A stretch of 64,000 nucleotides of DNA from assembly GCA_951406725.2 (NCBI GenBank), contig OX597817.1, positions 101,184,001-101,248,000 on the forward strand, written 5' to 3'. A model generated the notes under the pieces. The model had not been told where the DNA came from. It ran no database searches and saw nothing but the letters and a program-made list of their open reading frames with translations. Origin of the DNA: Octopus vulgaris. Taxonomy: Eukaryota. This document shows positions 38,590-52,892 of the stretch, piece after piece. A program made the position numbers and the translations under genes. Within the stretch, counting starts at the first letter, position 1. Every line of letters begins with the position of its first letter.

Positions 38590-39418
38590 TCTTGACGACC
38601 AAATTTTCTCAATGCTGAGCTTCTGAAAGTCCAAAGCAAATTGCATGATAATTAGCAGAACAGTTCAATCCAAGTCACATTTCAACCATAAATCACCTTC
38701 AAAACCTGGGGGGGGGGGGAGGTATAAACTTGGTCACTGGGATTTCATCAACTGATTACTTCTCTAATCAAAGAGTTTCTCTCTGTTCGTAATTGAAGAG
38801 AAGGCTTGCTATCAAACCTTTCCTGGTAGAATAAGCGTAAGTAATGAAAAGTGGGTTCCCTGTAATCATATCTAGGGAAAATCAACAACATCCAATAAAA
38901 GAAGAGAATCCATTCCCAAACCGGAACCACAGTAGGAAAGAGGTTGTGATTGGAATTTATATGATGAATGTCGTCAATCATAGTGTTAAACTAAAACAAA
39001 GCAGTAAGTACGGAGAAACATTATCGACAACTGGAAGTATTGCTCATACATTTGCAGAAAAAGCACTCAAAATGTAAGATGTGGCTCACATGAAAATTCA
39101 AGATCTCATATCGCTTAAATCACTAAGGAAAAGATTTTGGCACTAAATGTAGAAGCTTTGCTTGACCCTCCTTACTCTCCTTCTGACCTCACTTCATCTA
39201 ACAATCACCATTTCAGCATTATTTAGATAGAAAATAGTTGATTACTTGTGAAAACATCGATTCCGAGTGTTTGAGTGAGCAATAAACAATTTGGCTGGTA
39301 GATGGGATTATGTTATCAATAATGAGGGGAAATATAATCTTGATTAAATATATCGACCGAAGAAGCGTTTGTTTCTTCCCCATCTTAAAATACCACAGGA
39401 TTTTCTTTCCAGCCTAAT
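38590..39418 (+). mobile_element. Highly degenerate mariner element
   Basis: CCTCCTTACTCTCCTTCTGACCTC..CACCATTTC (PPYSPDL..H.F-like); TIR-like end GGATTTTCTTTCCAGCCTAATA. Confidence 0.6.
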
Positions 39419-40043
39419 ATTTTAGAAGTGAACGGCTTTAACTTTCTACAAGAAAACAGTTTAAACAAATTGTTGCATGATGCAGCATTTAAAACAAGAC
39501 TTTGCAGTAGCCAGACTTAGTCTACTGTAATGGAATTAAAGAAATGTTTAAAAATCTCTTTTTTTTTCAAATTGTTAACTTGAGAGAGTGTAGATTGCTA
39601 CAAAGCTACAATTTAATTTTAGTGCAATTTATTTACTCTAATAAAATATGTTGAATAAAATATACTAATTAATATTTTCTGAATATTTATTAATGGATGG
39701 ACTGAACCAATATTTAATATTATACTGTGAGCTTTGCAAACATCGGATGGAAGTTGGCAAAACCCCAAAAGACACAGGACTAAATGCATCTATATATATA
39801 TGCTCTGAGATGAATTTCCACTGGAGTACATGTTTTTGTTCCTTCATGTTGAAGTTTTGAACCGGTTGTATACTGAGATTTGTCAATTACACGCACTTCT
39901 TCAGAAAAGGATACCGTTTTTCTCTTCAAAGGAAATAATGTATTATATCAAGAATATCCAGACACCATATACAAATATATAGTTAATACTACACCCATCT
40001 ATGCCTATACAAAACTATTTAAACTAATGTCTCTCAAAAATAA

Positions 40044-40142
40044 GTTTTGCTCAAGGACACAACGCGTCGCCCAGTCCAGGAATCGAAACCACAATCTTAC
40101 GATCATGAATCCAACACCCTAACCACTGAGCCGAGCGTCTCC
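40044..40142 (-). mobile_element. tRNA-derived SINE head (third family)
   Basis: Minus strand GGCTCAGTGGTTAG (A box)..GGTTTCGATTCC (B box)..GTGTCCTTGAGCAAAAC. Confidence 0.7.
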
Positions 40143-40151
40143 AAACACACA

Positions 40152-40185
<34 letters not shown>

Positions 40186-40249
40186 TATGTATGTGTATGT
40201 ATGTGTACATACACATATATATAATCGAAATTAATTAGCTGCTTCCAGA

Positions 40250-41760
40250 GAAATGAGAGTGCAGCCAACAGATGCCATAGACATAGAGCCGTTCAATGAA
40301 GTATGGAAAAGGGAATTTAATCAGACTAGAGGAGCAATAGAACAAATCAGAAACAATTGTTGTCTCTGTATTAAACCAAAAAGCAGACTGTATCTATAGA
40401 GAGACAGAGTAGAATGTCGGTACAAAACATCTGTAATTCTATCGGAGGAATTTTATTCACTTTTACTTGCAAATACGCAATGAAGATATAAACATACCAA
40501 GTGATTGGTATCTAAAAACGATACCAATTATATGCAAGAATATCATTTATAAAATATATTCATCCTATCTGAACGTGTTCCCTCATGTTGTTTTTATCAT
40601 TACGATTGAACAAGTTGCTAGAATGAATGGATTTGGGGATGTGCTAAATAGCTGATTAACAAAATAAGGATGCCAGTAGTGCAGCAGTATAGGAAGAACT
40701 TAGTCACAACTTGGCTGGATTGCAAGAAAACAGTTAATTATGTTCCTTACTCGCGAATACTAGAATTCCAAAGATTTGCTAAATTTCTAAATACCATTAC
40801 CATTATCATAGACGCCCTAGTGCCAGAATTCTGAAGTTACCTACTACAAATGGTTCTATTGTCACTGAAAGGATATAATATAACAGATTTATGGTTCAAG
40901 GGGACCGGCTCTCTGAGATTGACTTTATACATTCATTAAACCCTTGTCTTTTTTGTTACGGAAATTTGGAAAATACGCAATTGGCTCACAGAAAAACAAA
41001 AAGTCATCATAACACCTTTTCTTCGACGATGATCAGAAATATATGACTTGTACATGGAAGAAACTTTGGCCTCATTACAACATTCTCAACTGATATACTA
41101 GTGAAGTTTGACCAGGAGAAATGATGTAAAACGAGGGAGAAATACAATCCCATCTCATACCTTCTCTGACAGCAGTTTGACTATATTTCCGATATTGCAT
41201 GAGAAATAGGATAGGTACTTAGATTACATGGAAATATTTTCTATGATGGCACCTGATAACTCTAGCAGAAAGAAAATACGTATACGTACAAGAACCAAGG
41301 AAAATTTTAAGATTAACATCGATAATGTCATTCGTACTGCATAAGTAGCTGTCCCAATTGCTCTCTGAGTCCTAGTTACCTATGAAACATAATACCGTAA
41401 CTAGAGCATAAAACATTATATCATGAAAACCTGTAGATGCAAACATGTGGAACTACGATGATGTGGAAGATATGAAATAATTCTTAGGGAATGTTCCTGT
41501 CAAGGTTGTAATAAAATGCAACATAACAAACTAGACATAATGATCTGAGACAGAAACAAACTGTGCATAGCGGTTGAAATCAGTTGTTCAGCAGAAGTTA
41601 GCATAATGTTAAAAAAATTGTGAAAAAAACCCCATCTATGCTGAACTATAAAAAAGCCACTTACTTTACTATAGATTACACTTACTATAGATTTCTTGGA
41701 GTACTTGACTACATGACTAACTGGGTCAATACCAATCTCGGAAAGAGGGATGTACTCAAT
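40250..41760 (+). mobile_element. Very old R4/Dong-like non-LTR relic (RT plus restriction-like endonuclease)
   Basis: Fragments QGDRLS..FIHSLNP, ITPF.FDDD, KFDQEK, and HNKLDIMI*DRNKLCIAVEISCSAEVSI (PD..E-type RLE-like). Confidence 0.55.
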
Positions 41761-41907
41761 TCAGAATGAAGACGTTTAATCAAAACCTCACAACTACAGG
41801 TATCAACGCATTGTCGACATACGTAAAATATTCGAGAACTTCAGCATGTAAGATCCGCTTATGCATGACAACCATACCCCGAATTCATTTATGTGTGTGT
41901 GTGTGTG

Positions 41908-42014
<107 letters not shown>

Positions 42015-42269
42015 GTGTGTGTGTGCGTGTGTACATGCATACATATATATATATTAGCCTACTCTACTAATATCTAAATTCAATTGAGAGAATGTTTCTC
42101 AACTTGAACCAAACTATTTTTATTGATGAGAAATGTGAAAGTTAAAACCAGCGAAACAGAACACCCTATGCTTTTTCTGATTAAGTATATATGTATGTGT
42201 ATGTGTGCATGTATTTGTGTGTGTGCATTTATGTGTACGTGTGTGTGCGCACACACACACACACACACA

Positions 42270-43826
42270 CTAGCAATGCATCCCGGCGTTGCCCAGGTGT
42301 TAAGACCATATTGTATTATTTGTTCCTTTATGGGCAGAATCAGTGCAGCTGATATACAGTGAACTGGATTACTGGCGTAATGGAAGTTATTGTTTCTTTG
42401 AAAGTGAAGGGGCGGGGTACAATTTGCATGTGTTTGCAGGAAAGTGCTTACTGTTCTCTTGAAAGCTCACAAACTATGTATTGTTTCATCGTATAAAAGG
42501 GGCTTATTACGATTTTGTACAGAAATCGCGGTTTCAAAGTTTGCTTTCACCCCGTCCCCACCGCAATTTCTTAATTTGCAAACTTTTTTAGGAATTGCTT
42601 TTTATTCATGTAGAAAAATACAGAGATTACGAATCTGGGCAATATATTTTTCTTAAAAGTTTAATTTTTTTTCGAGAAACACTCAATGCCTTTTCTTCCA
42701 CCTCGCTTTCAAAAAGCTAAAAGCACCCAATATTTCACTTTGTCTGCTGTTTCACGTATGCGTAGAATTGTACTGAAATAGCAGATGTAAAAAATATTTG
42801 AATATCACCAGAAAACCTGACATGCTAGAAACAACAGGTAAACGACATTATTTCTGAACAAACTTACCCGCTTTCCAACGCGCTAAAAGTGAAACATTGG
42901 AAGTTTGTAGTTTTTTGAAAGTGATGAGGTGATGGGTGGAAGTTTGGGAAGGAGATTTTAGTGGGATTTTTTTTTCCGTGGATTACCAAGAAAAAACTTC
43001 GAAAATAGTAAAAATTTAATGAAGAAACATGTTTTGGGGGCGAAATCCTAATATCCTCTATTGAAAACATAGGAATCGGAAGAAATTTAGGAAAAAAACG
43101 AGGCGGGGGCGCAAATGTCACCTCGGATTACTAGAAGCAACAGGTAAAGGAGCTTCCTTCTAAATATATATCGAAGATCAGGGTTTTAAATACACACATC
43201 ACAAACACGAATTGCAGAATAGAAAAAGGTTTATTTCAATTGGATTTGAGCTGTAATTTTGCGCGTGCACATAGCAAGAAATAACATAATTCACATAGTC
43301 ATGCAGGTTATTCTTAGAAAGCTTCAAAGCAACAGCAAATTTATAACCAGAGTAGTCTATCTTGGACTGGGATGTTATGTTGTGTGAATGCGCGCGTGTG
43401 GATATGTGTGTGTGCGCGCGTGTGTGCGTATGTGTGTGTGTGTGTGTGTGTGCCAAGGGAAGTTATTTTATGGCATTCTTACATTTGAAGCAGTTAAGTT
43501 GTCAACTCGATCATATGGTCGATAATATGGTATCATATGATTGTTTGTTAATTTCCGTAATTTTCCTTTATTTCTTTATCCTTTGAAGATAGCAGAAGTT
43601 GCAAGAGAGGAGAAAGTGAAAAGGAGACACTTGCTTGGAAGTGAGAGCAGTAAGTGGAAGAGAGGAGAAAGTGAAGGAAAGTAAAAGATGTATGTACGTG
43701 TATATTAAATGGACGTGTGTGTGCATGCGTATGTGTTTGTGTGTGCCTGTGAGAGAGAGATTGAGTGAAGGTGTGTGTTGTGATGTACCTATTTTTTTGC
43801 ATGTATGTGTAAGTGGTACTCACACG

Positions 43827-43860
<34 letters not shown>

Positions 43861-45232
43861 CGCACATTATCTTTCATATACACGTACATAAATAGCTATA
43901 CATACAACTTTTTTGTATGTATGTGTGCGTGTGCATGTGTGCGAGTGCATGTGAATAACTGTATTTACTCATAACGTATAGAAAAATGGATTATTTTAAG
44001 CTACACACTCATATAAAAATGTGACGTCGTCGTGGTATAAAATGTCGTTTAGGATAGTTGAATTATAGAAAGATTATAATGTTAAATTTTTGCAATGCAA
44101 GTATGTAAAAGAAAATAAAGTTTATTTGTTAGCCGAAAGATTAGTGAATCTTTTGGTACCACATACCTCAAAATTGGTGACTCAGTTTTCGAATGTATTC
44201 GTTAATGTCCGTAATTCTTTTTATATCTTTATGCTTTAAAGAGAGCAGAACGGGAAAGAGAAGCGAGAGCGGAAATTGAAAGAGAAAATAAAGGGAAAGA
44301 TGTATGTACGTGTATATGGAATGGACGTGTGTGTTTGTCTGCGTGTGTGTGTGCGCGCTCGCGTGCGTGTGTTTGTGAGAGAGGAGAGAGAGTGAGTGGG
44401 TTAAGGTATGTGTTGTCATGTATTTGTAAGTGGCACTCATTCGGTCTCTCTGTGTGTCTCACACACACGTCTTTCATATACACATACATAAATACATATG
44501 CATGCATCATTTTTGTATATATATGTGTGTGTGTGTGTGTGTATGTGTGTGTGTGTGTGCGTGTGTGTTTGTGTGTGTTTGTGTGTGTGTGTGTGTGTGT
44601 GCATGTGAGAGAAAGAGTGAGTGACTGTATTTCGTCATAACATATACAGAAATTACACACTCATATAGAAAATGTGACGTCGTCGTCATTGCCGCCATGG
44701 TATAAAATATTTACAATAGTTGACTTATTGAAAAGATAATGTAAATTTTTTGTAATGCAAAATATGTAAATGAAGATAACGTTTATTTGATAGTCATAAG
44801 ATTAATGAATCTTTTGATACCCCATACATCAAAATCGGCAACTCAGTTTTCGAATGCATAAGGGAGATATGCACACACACACACAAACTCTCTTTTATAT
44901 ATGTGGGAGTGTCTCTGTCTGCCGTTTTCTCTGTCTCTCACATTCGCTGTGTGCCTATCTCTTCCTATCTCCTCCCTTTTCCTAATATCAGTCACCCCCA
45001 TTATGTCACATTTCCCTGAACATAATACTTTTGCACCCCTCTCGTTTTATCATGTAATAGCCCAACCCCTGTAGTCGATCCATTATCAATTTTCATTGAA
45101 ATCCAATTAGCCTATAATTGAACTGGAATTTAGTTCAACATGTATACAAAGTTTGGAGAAGATTGGTTCCATGGTTTGGGCAGCAAGAGGGTAACAGACA
45201 GACAGTCAGAAATTGCCATTTATATATAAAAT
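42270..45232 (-). mobile_element. Non-autonomous Helitron with an internal about 655-bp tandem duplication
   Basis: Minus-strand 3' end CCTGGGCAACGCCGGG hairpin..CTAG|T at 42297-42269; 5'-like ends TATATATAAA..CTGTCTGTCTG near 45232 and ATATAAAAGAGAGTTTGTGTG near 44900; duplication 43547-44200 / 44201-44858. Confidence 0.65.
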
Positions 45233-47273
45233 ATATCGTTGTTAGTATGCAAAAGTGTCGTAAGTCCAAAACGTTGCTTTTTCAGAAAATGAAAAAATAG
45301 TTTCACTATTCCATAGGAGAAACCGTTGTATTACACTTTGACATTTTTTGATGTCTTAGCATCTGAAGCATCTGGAGATACAATAGTTTGACCAAAAGTA
45401 CAGGCTAATGGAAGCAAAAATATTGAAAAAAAAACTCATTTGGCCAATCTTCGCCAGTTTAACATTAAAGCAACGATAGATACATACATGCGTACATACA
45501 TACAATGTTACATAAAGAAACCTGATTTTGTTATTTTTCCACTATATTAATGAATACTTTAAGGTAGATTGTCCTATTCAATGTTACACTGTTATTCTAT
45601 TTTCTATTTTCTACAACGCTTCTGGAAGTATTGAAAAATATATTGCGGAAAAGAAAAGAAATTTGTTTCATTGAATGTTAAAGCTATATTCATTTCACCG
45701 ATCTTAATTGGTCTGAAGTATCACTGAAAAGCTATTTGTTTTTTTTTTTCTTTTTTTCTTTTTTTTTTTTTGTAAAAATTGTATGATAAAATGTTCTTAT
45801 TATATAGCCCGAAACTCATTGAAAATGAAAATTGAAACTTTTAGATTTTGTTTTGTTTTGAACAGTGAGAGATGAAGTGCTAGAAATAGTAGGGCCTCAA
45901 AGTATACATTGTATACTATATCGTTTCTTATCGCTAAATTCTAAATTGAAATATAGTCTCGGTCAAACGTGCTTTTTTCGTTATAATGTCGATACAATGA
46001 TTACCAAGAATATACTATTGTTTATTAAATTGACTATATCTCACTTTTAAATATATATTTCTGATCAAGCTGGAAGCAATTCGATTTTGTTTTACAGTTC
46101 GATTACAAATATTTATATTTTCTTTGAGACAGTTTTTTTAAAAACTTTCAGTCAGTCAAATTCATAGCCAAGGTAGTCTGTAGGTGCACAATAAGAGATA
46201 TACCTTTCTTCTTCCATCTTTTCTAATCATCATCCAGTCACAAGTTCTCCACCCTGTTCCTTCCTGTCAATTCCTTTGTGTTCACGATATGCCACTTTTA
46301 TTGTTGAGTTTGCGTACATTATTCAATTGTGGTAAGTTGTCATGTTGACACGACCAACTCCATTTATCTTTTAATATAAGTGATAGGTGGATAATTTTCG
46401 TGTTCGCAGTCTTCCCAATAATTCATTTTCATAAATTCGATGATCTGTATAAGGAATGCAAACCTCTTTATAACGTTTCATTCCAAAGGCCATGATTATT
46501 TCTTACTGCCCGGTCTTCACGTCGAAAGAATTGTATACATAAAGTGCAACTGAAACTATTTGTGCTGTTTGAACACCACATTTTTGCTGTTACGGTAATC
46601 TTTTAATATTTCCAGAATCTAATTTTGATAAAGCTGCTGAATATACAGTTTTATTTGTTTTCTTTGATCGCCAATTTCCATTTTATTCCTCTTCTCAAAT
46701 ATTTTCTTTCCTTAACTTGTTTCAGCATCTTTGCTATTTCAATTGAATTTATTATTTCCGTTGCTTCAATACTTATTTCATTCAAACTTTTGTGAATATA
46801 TTAAAATCATCAACAAAACGGACTTCTTTAAATCTAATGTTAATATTTCTCAAGGACTTGTGTTATGAAACACATTGAAAAAGTTTAGTAAAAGAATACA
46901 GAGTTGTTTAATACTTTATATTTTCAGAGGCCGAACAGTGTTCGTGAGTGCAAGCTAATGAAACTGTTTTAAATTTACAGTGCGTTTACTGTTTACAGCA
47001 ATGCTCTACGCCTCAACTCTGTAATTCTTCTTCTATTGAAAGGAGCTACTCAGTACAGTCACCAAACGCAAGCGATACATTTATTCCATCCTTGAACCCA
47101 ATACTCGAATTCGCTAAGAAAATAATCAGGCGTACACTGTTGTACCTACTTGTTTACTTTGTCTGTATCAGCAAATCGTTGTCTTCGTAGACTTTCTTTT
47201 TTGAACCTATCAGGGGTTAAGGGGAGTAGGGGACAAGTGACCAACTCAATTTGCCTATTTCCTGATTTGTTGA

Positions 47274-47340
47274 CCAGGACCGGAGTAAAGCCATACGGGC
47301 CCCGGGGCACTTCAAATTCAGTTGGCCCCCTCATACACAA
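47274..47340 (+). mobile_element. Possible hAT-type terminal sequence
   Basis: CAGGACCGGAGTAAAGCC..GGGCCCCGGGGCAC resembles CAGGGCCGG-type hAT ends; no partner TIR found. Confidence 0.3.
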
Positions 47341-48899
47341 GGATTCAAATATGCGAAAGTTACAAAATTTAAATATAAAAACTCATCTATTTCATGTAAT
47401 TGTATGACAAGTTAGCAGAGAAAATTTAAATAAATGACTGAAAATGTGGCTTTTCACACAAATTTCGCTTTTCACACATCCATTTGCGGTGTTTGGCTTT
47501 CCCTTCATTGTAACAAGTAAAATGAAAGAGGAAAAAAGGGGTACAATTTTTTTCTTTAAATATAAATTACAAATGTTTCATAATGTGGAATAGAATAAAA
47601 TAATAGAAATTATAAAAAATAAAAAAAATCATTTTCGTGGTTGTTGCTGTTCCAAAAGCACAATGAGTGTCTGTGCGTGTGCGGGTGTGCGTCCGAGCGT
47701 CCGTGCTTGCGTGCGTGTGTGTGTATGTATGTGTGTGTGTGAGGTGGAGACGCCAAAATCTGAAAGACATGGACTTTTAAAATTCTTTTTAAAAGGCTTC
47801 CCTTTTTGCAATGCATGAGAAGGAAAAGGGATGATTCTGACAAAAACAGGGAAATTCAAAGTTACGTGGGACAATTATTCCAAAAGTCTTCTTTTCCAGT
47901 TTCCAGTGGGGGTAGATGAGGCATAATGAGTACTATTAACTGCATTTTTTTACTTTGAAAAAAAGAAATTTTACAAATGTTTACTACTTTGCAAGAACTG
48001 TATTAGATAAGCAATGACCTTCTCTAAATGCAGTAAAACCACTATACTATATTCAGAACACCGTTTCAGAAAATTATCACCGTTCTCTTTGAGCATATAA
48101 AAGACAAATTTAGATGTGGCAAAAGGAGTGAAATAAGATGAGGTAAATTTGTCCCTTTAATTTTCCAGAACTACATTTGAAAAAAAAATCGTACGCATAA
48201 AAATCCATTCCTAGACCTTAGAAAGATCAGAAATGTAACAAAAATTTAAAATATCTTGGTCAAGTGATAAAGGATCAGGGAAACATAGCACATGATATGA
48301 AATTAACGAAACTCGACTAAATCTAAAAAACTCATAATAAAATGTTCTCTGTAGCTTCTTCACGATCTACTGGAGTGGCTCTCTTTCATATACGCCAAGC
48401 AGTTAAAGAGAAGAAATTATTAAAATTAAAATTAGTCATTACTCATTTTTCACCAATTTAGACATCATTTTTTGACACTTGAAAATTATGAAATTAGATA
48501 TTAGTGTAGGTAAAAATCGATGTGGAATCCAAAAGATAGAAGAATATTGATGGTTAAAGAATAAAAATTATCCAGATAGTTTATTAACTCCTTCAATTAC
48601 AATCGGGTCAAAGTTGAGGAAAATTTGTTGAAAAAAGTACCTGTCACCTGACTATGTTTCAAACTGTCTCAACTTCAACAATTATGCTGACCGATTCTTA
48701 CTCCCAAATGTTGATGTAACGGTACAAAATGGGGTGTAATACTAGTAAGGTAGTGGTTTTAAACAGATAGGGAAAAATAACAAGAAATCGGAAATTATTC
48801 ATTTTCCTCCAGTTATCAATTTTGTCCCACTTCCCTATAGTAATTTCAAGTATTTAACAGAATGACGAAAAATATACAATTCGTACCAATTTGTGGAAC

Positions 48900-50313
48900 T
48901 GTTCCTGCTGGTGGATTACCCTAGGCCAGGAGAACTGTTGGCCGGAATTGTACTTTATTCTGCTGTGTTTTGAACTGTCTTCCTTTTGTTTTGGCTTCAA
49001 ACTTTTTTTGAAATTTGGTTTGAACAGTGGATAAAATGTCTCGAGGAGAGGACGGTGGTGCTGTGAACATACTTCGTACTCCAAGTCGCTCGACACCATC
49101 GCCCACTTTAAAAAGACCGATATAGAGACAGAGTTGGCGGAGTATATGCCAACTATAAAATTTATTTCCAGGGGTGTCAAATATGTGACGGTGTGTTTGC
49201 TGTTTGACACCCCTAAAGAGGCTCGCAATTTTGCAAGTCAGCCCTTAGAGGGCGAAGAAATATTGTTTCTTCCCACGTATTGTGGGAAGAAGTTGACAAG
49301 AATCTGGTGTTTCTAGATTTTCTTCAAAAGGCCGGTTCTAGAGGGATGCCCCCGCCCCAAGTGCCACCTGTGCCTGGAATCAGGTCACATTATAAATAAC
49401 TGTCCCCAGGACCAAAGTAAGGTTCTGGAACAGTTAGTGATGGAAGAACCCCACCTCCTCCTTCGGAGAGAGAGATGAAGGCAGTGAAAACCCCCCGAAA
49501 AATGGGGAAAAAGGAAGGTGGGCAACAATGGTTGCCCACCGAAGGACCCCAAGGCTGCGGGAGGAGCTACACCCTCTCGTAGCAAAGCGGAGAAAACAAA
49601 ACAGAAAAACGGGGCAGTGCCGTCGGTTAATACACTATTGGCATGTTCCGAAGCGCCATTGGTGGGAATTGCACCAATGACGGTGGAATTTGTTGCCTCG
49701 ACCCAATCGAGAAATAATATTTGGTCTTCTCCCGCAGGGGAGAGGCACTGGGAAAGTTTACTAAAAAAGTTTGCCTGTGGAGGAGACATAACCAGTATTA
49801 AAGATCCTGGATGGCCTCTGCAAGTAGCTGTGGAGGTCATCTCAGACATGGATAATGGACTCCTTCCCAGAAGATGTATTCTGCTTCCGATTAAGCACCC
49901 TGACCTGGCACTATCGGAGTGCTTGGGTGACGCTTTGAGCCTGGTCAGGTGCCGGCGGGGCAGAAAATTGTAAAATTAAGAGGCTGAGTGCCTCATACTG
50001 AAAGGGCATATGGCCCATAAGTGAAAATGTAAGAGGCCTAGTGTCTCATTTTTAAGGAGATGGTGTTATTTGGTGTCTCATTAGTGTCTCATTATAAAGA
50101 CCTTGAGTCCAAATGGAACATTAGTAAGAGGTATATTACCTTAAATTGTATGTTTGTAAAAGAGCAATGTTTTAGAGAAGCAGAGATCGCCGGGCGTCTT
50201 CTGCCTTCCCTCATTAATACCATTTTTTTCATCATTCATCTCATTAATGTTATTGTCCAGCCCGCAGCTATTACTTCTGTGTAATGCCTTGATGGCAAAT
50301 TGAATGGAAAAAA
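48900..50313 (+). mobile_element. ORF1-only Tx1/L1 derivative (HAL1-like), copy 1, degenerate
   Basis: AEYMPTIKFISRGVKYVTVCLLFDTPKEARNFASQPL, PKCHLCLESGHIINNC, DITSIKDPGWPLQVAVEVI; then 3' UTR and an A-rich end with no ORF2. Confidence 0.75.
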
Positions 50314-52892
50314 GTAGTTTGCTTATCGCTTACACGCATGCGCTCTTGTTAGTGTTGTTTTTGACACTAAGAAAGTCGCACGCTATTTTATAGCTGCGAA
50401 TTATTGGCAAAAAGTGCTCAATTGTAAGGTAAGGCTTTTGTTTGTTGGGTCCAGTGGTGGTTTGTTGTTTGGTGTGTAATATTTTTTCCCAGGCAAAAAA
50501 TTCTCACTGTATTCTAGACATTTGTCGGCTCGCTGTTGAGCATTAGTGTTCACTTAAGGGGAATTGTTTTGGTAGGCGTGTCTCGCCGCCAGGAATTCGA
50601 ACTGTGATTTTTCCTTGTAGCTGCCAGTTGGATTACCAGTGAACGGTGGAATTTTGCATGAAATATTAATTTTCTTCCTGCTGACGGACATTTTTGTGAA
50701 CTGTCTTCGTATTCTGAAATCTGTTCCTGTTGTTGGAGTACGAGTTAGGCCTATGAGTACTCAAGTGTGGAAGATTCTGCGTCTGTTCACCTGTGGTTTT
50801 TTTTTTTTTGGTTTCTTTCTTCCTTGTCTATTATTTTTGCTTTTTTCTTCTTTCCTCTTCCATTACATATTTTTTCTTCTTTCTCTTTTTACTTTTTCCT
50901 TCATACTTTTGTTTTCCCCCTTTTAAAAAGTTTTCTGGACTTTTTTTGATGCACATGGTTGAGTGTTGTTCTGGGCACTAAGGAAGTCGTACGCTATTTT
51001 GTAGCTGCAAATTATTAACGAAAATAACTCAACTGTAAGGTAAGAGTTTCGTTTTTCTGGGTCCAGTGGGGGTTTTTTGTTTGGTATGTAATATTTTTTC
51101 CCAAACAAGAAGTCCTCACTGGATTCTGGACATTTGTCGGCTTGCAGTTGAGCATTATTGTTCACTTAAGGTGAATTGTTTTGGTGGGCGTGTCTCGCCG
51201 CCAAGAGTTCCAACTGTGAATTAAAACATAAGGCCAGGAGTACAAATTGTCCGGAATTTAATTTTTGTGGAGCTGCCGTCATTTGAACTGTCGTCACTTC
51301 CAAAACTTTCATTGTGCTTCAAACTGTTTTTTTACGCTCTTTCCTTTCTGTTCTATTGTGTTTTTTACCCGTCTTTCTTCCAGCTGTTTTTTTTTAAATT
51401 GTTTCTGGACTCTTCATTTTTGTTAGGACTATTTTGTGGCCTTTTTTTTTAAAAAAAAGAGAAGCATGGAGAAAAAGTGAATACGGTCTTGGAATGGGAT
51501 ATTATTCAACCCAAAGAGTGGCTTAAACAGCAAGAGAATACGGTGGTGTTGACGGTGTATTCGAAGATTCTCGACGCTATTGCCATCTTCTTCAAGCAGG
51601 GGATTGAAGAGAAGTTGGCAGAGTATCTGCCAACTGTGAAATTTATTGCCCGGGGTGTCAGATATGCGACGATTTGGTTGCTATTTGACACTCCAGAGGA
51701 GGCTCGTATTTTTGCGAGCCAGCCCCTAGAGGGCAATAAAATTTTATTTCTTCCTACATATTGTGGGAGGAAATTGACAAGTGGCTGGATTTGCGATTTT
51801 CCCCCTAATATTCAACCAGGGTGGATAGAGGACAATATCCGCCGGGGTCTGGGTGGCAGTAGCACCAAACTCCTCAGTGTAAAATTCTTACCAGTGGCTG
51901 ACTGGGTCGGGTCAAAAGTGGTTTTGACCCTTTGGACTCAATCAGCAAATAATTTAGTCTTCGCAGACTTTCTGACTATGGCTGGGTGCAGGTACCCGGT
52001 GATTCTTGAGGGTCGCCCCCCACCCAAGTGTTACCGTTGCCTGGAATCTGGCCATATAAAAAAGAACTGCTCCCAGAAACAAAGAAAGGTCTTGGAGCAG
52101 TTGGTTGGTACCTCTCTTGAAGAGGGAACGGAGGCGTGAAGGAGGTGGAGGCCTCCCCAAAGAAGGGCCGCAAGAGGAAGAAGGTGAACAACAATAGGTG
52201 CTAACCAAAGGATCCTAGGGCTGAGAGAGGGGAGGTGGATCACCCGGTTATGGAGGAAACCCACCCTTCCTCATTAGGAAAGAAAAAAAGAGGAAGATAA
52301 AGATAAACGGGACATTGTCGGTAGTCGGTAACACAATACCGGCATGTCCCAGAACATCGTCGGTGGGTATTGTGCCACCGACGGTGGAAGGGACGACCCC
52401 TCCCCCTGAAGACGAGGAATTACTTGTCTTCTTTAACAGGGGTGGGGAGGTGGTAAAATGTTGGAGGAACTCCAAAAGAGTGTAGATCTGGCCTACATAC
52501 GGGATCCCGAATGGCCTCCGCAGATAGGTGTGGAGGTCATAGGGTTTTCCATATTGCAAAAGCTACAAAAACTGAAAGAGGAGTTTCGCTTATGGCTGGG
52601 TGGCCCTAATACGTCATACGCCACATTTTTGAATGAGGCATGGAAAATGGCGGGGTAAGCGGTCATAAGTGATATCGAAAATGATGGACATAATAACGAG
52701 TAAGAAGTTTAAAAGCTTTGTTAGTCTTAAATGATAAGAGATTTTGAAACCTAATCCTATTTTAAAGAATAATGTTTTCGGAAAACGTCGGTCGGCGGGC
52801 GCCGTTCGTTTCCCCCATTCATTCATATATTTTTCATTTATCTCATTAATTTAAATGTCGAGCCCGCAGCTATATCTATGTAATGCTCTTGT

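Noticed and set aside
46100-46900. Possible hAT/ZMYM-like transposase relic on the minus strand
   Set aside because: Too decayed; no diagnostic motif readable.
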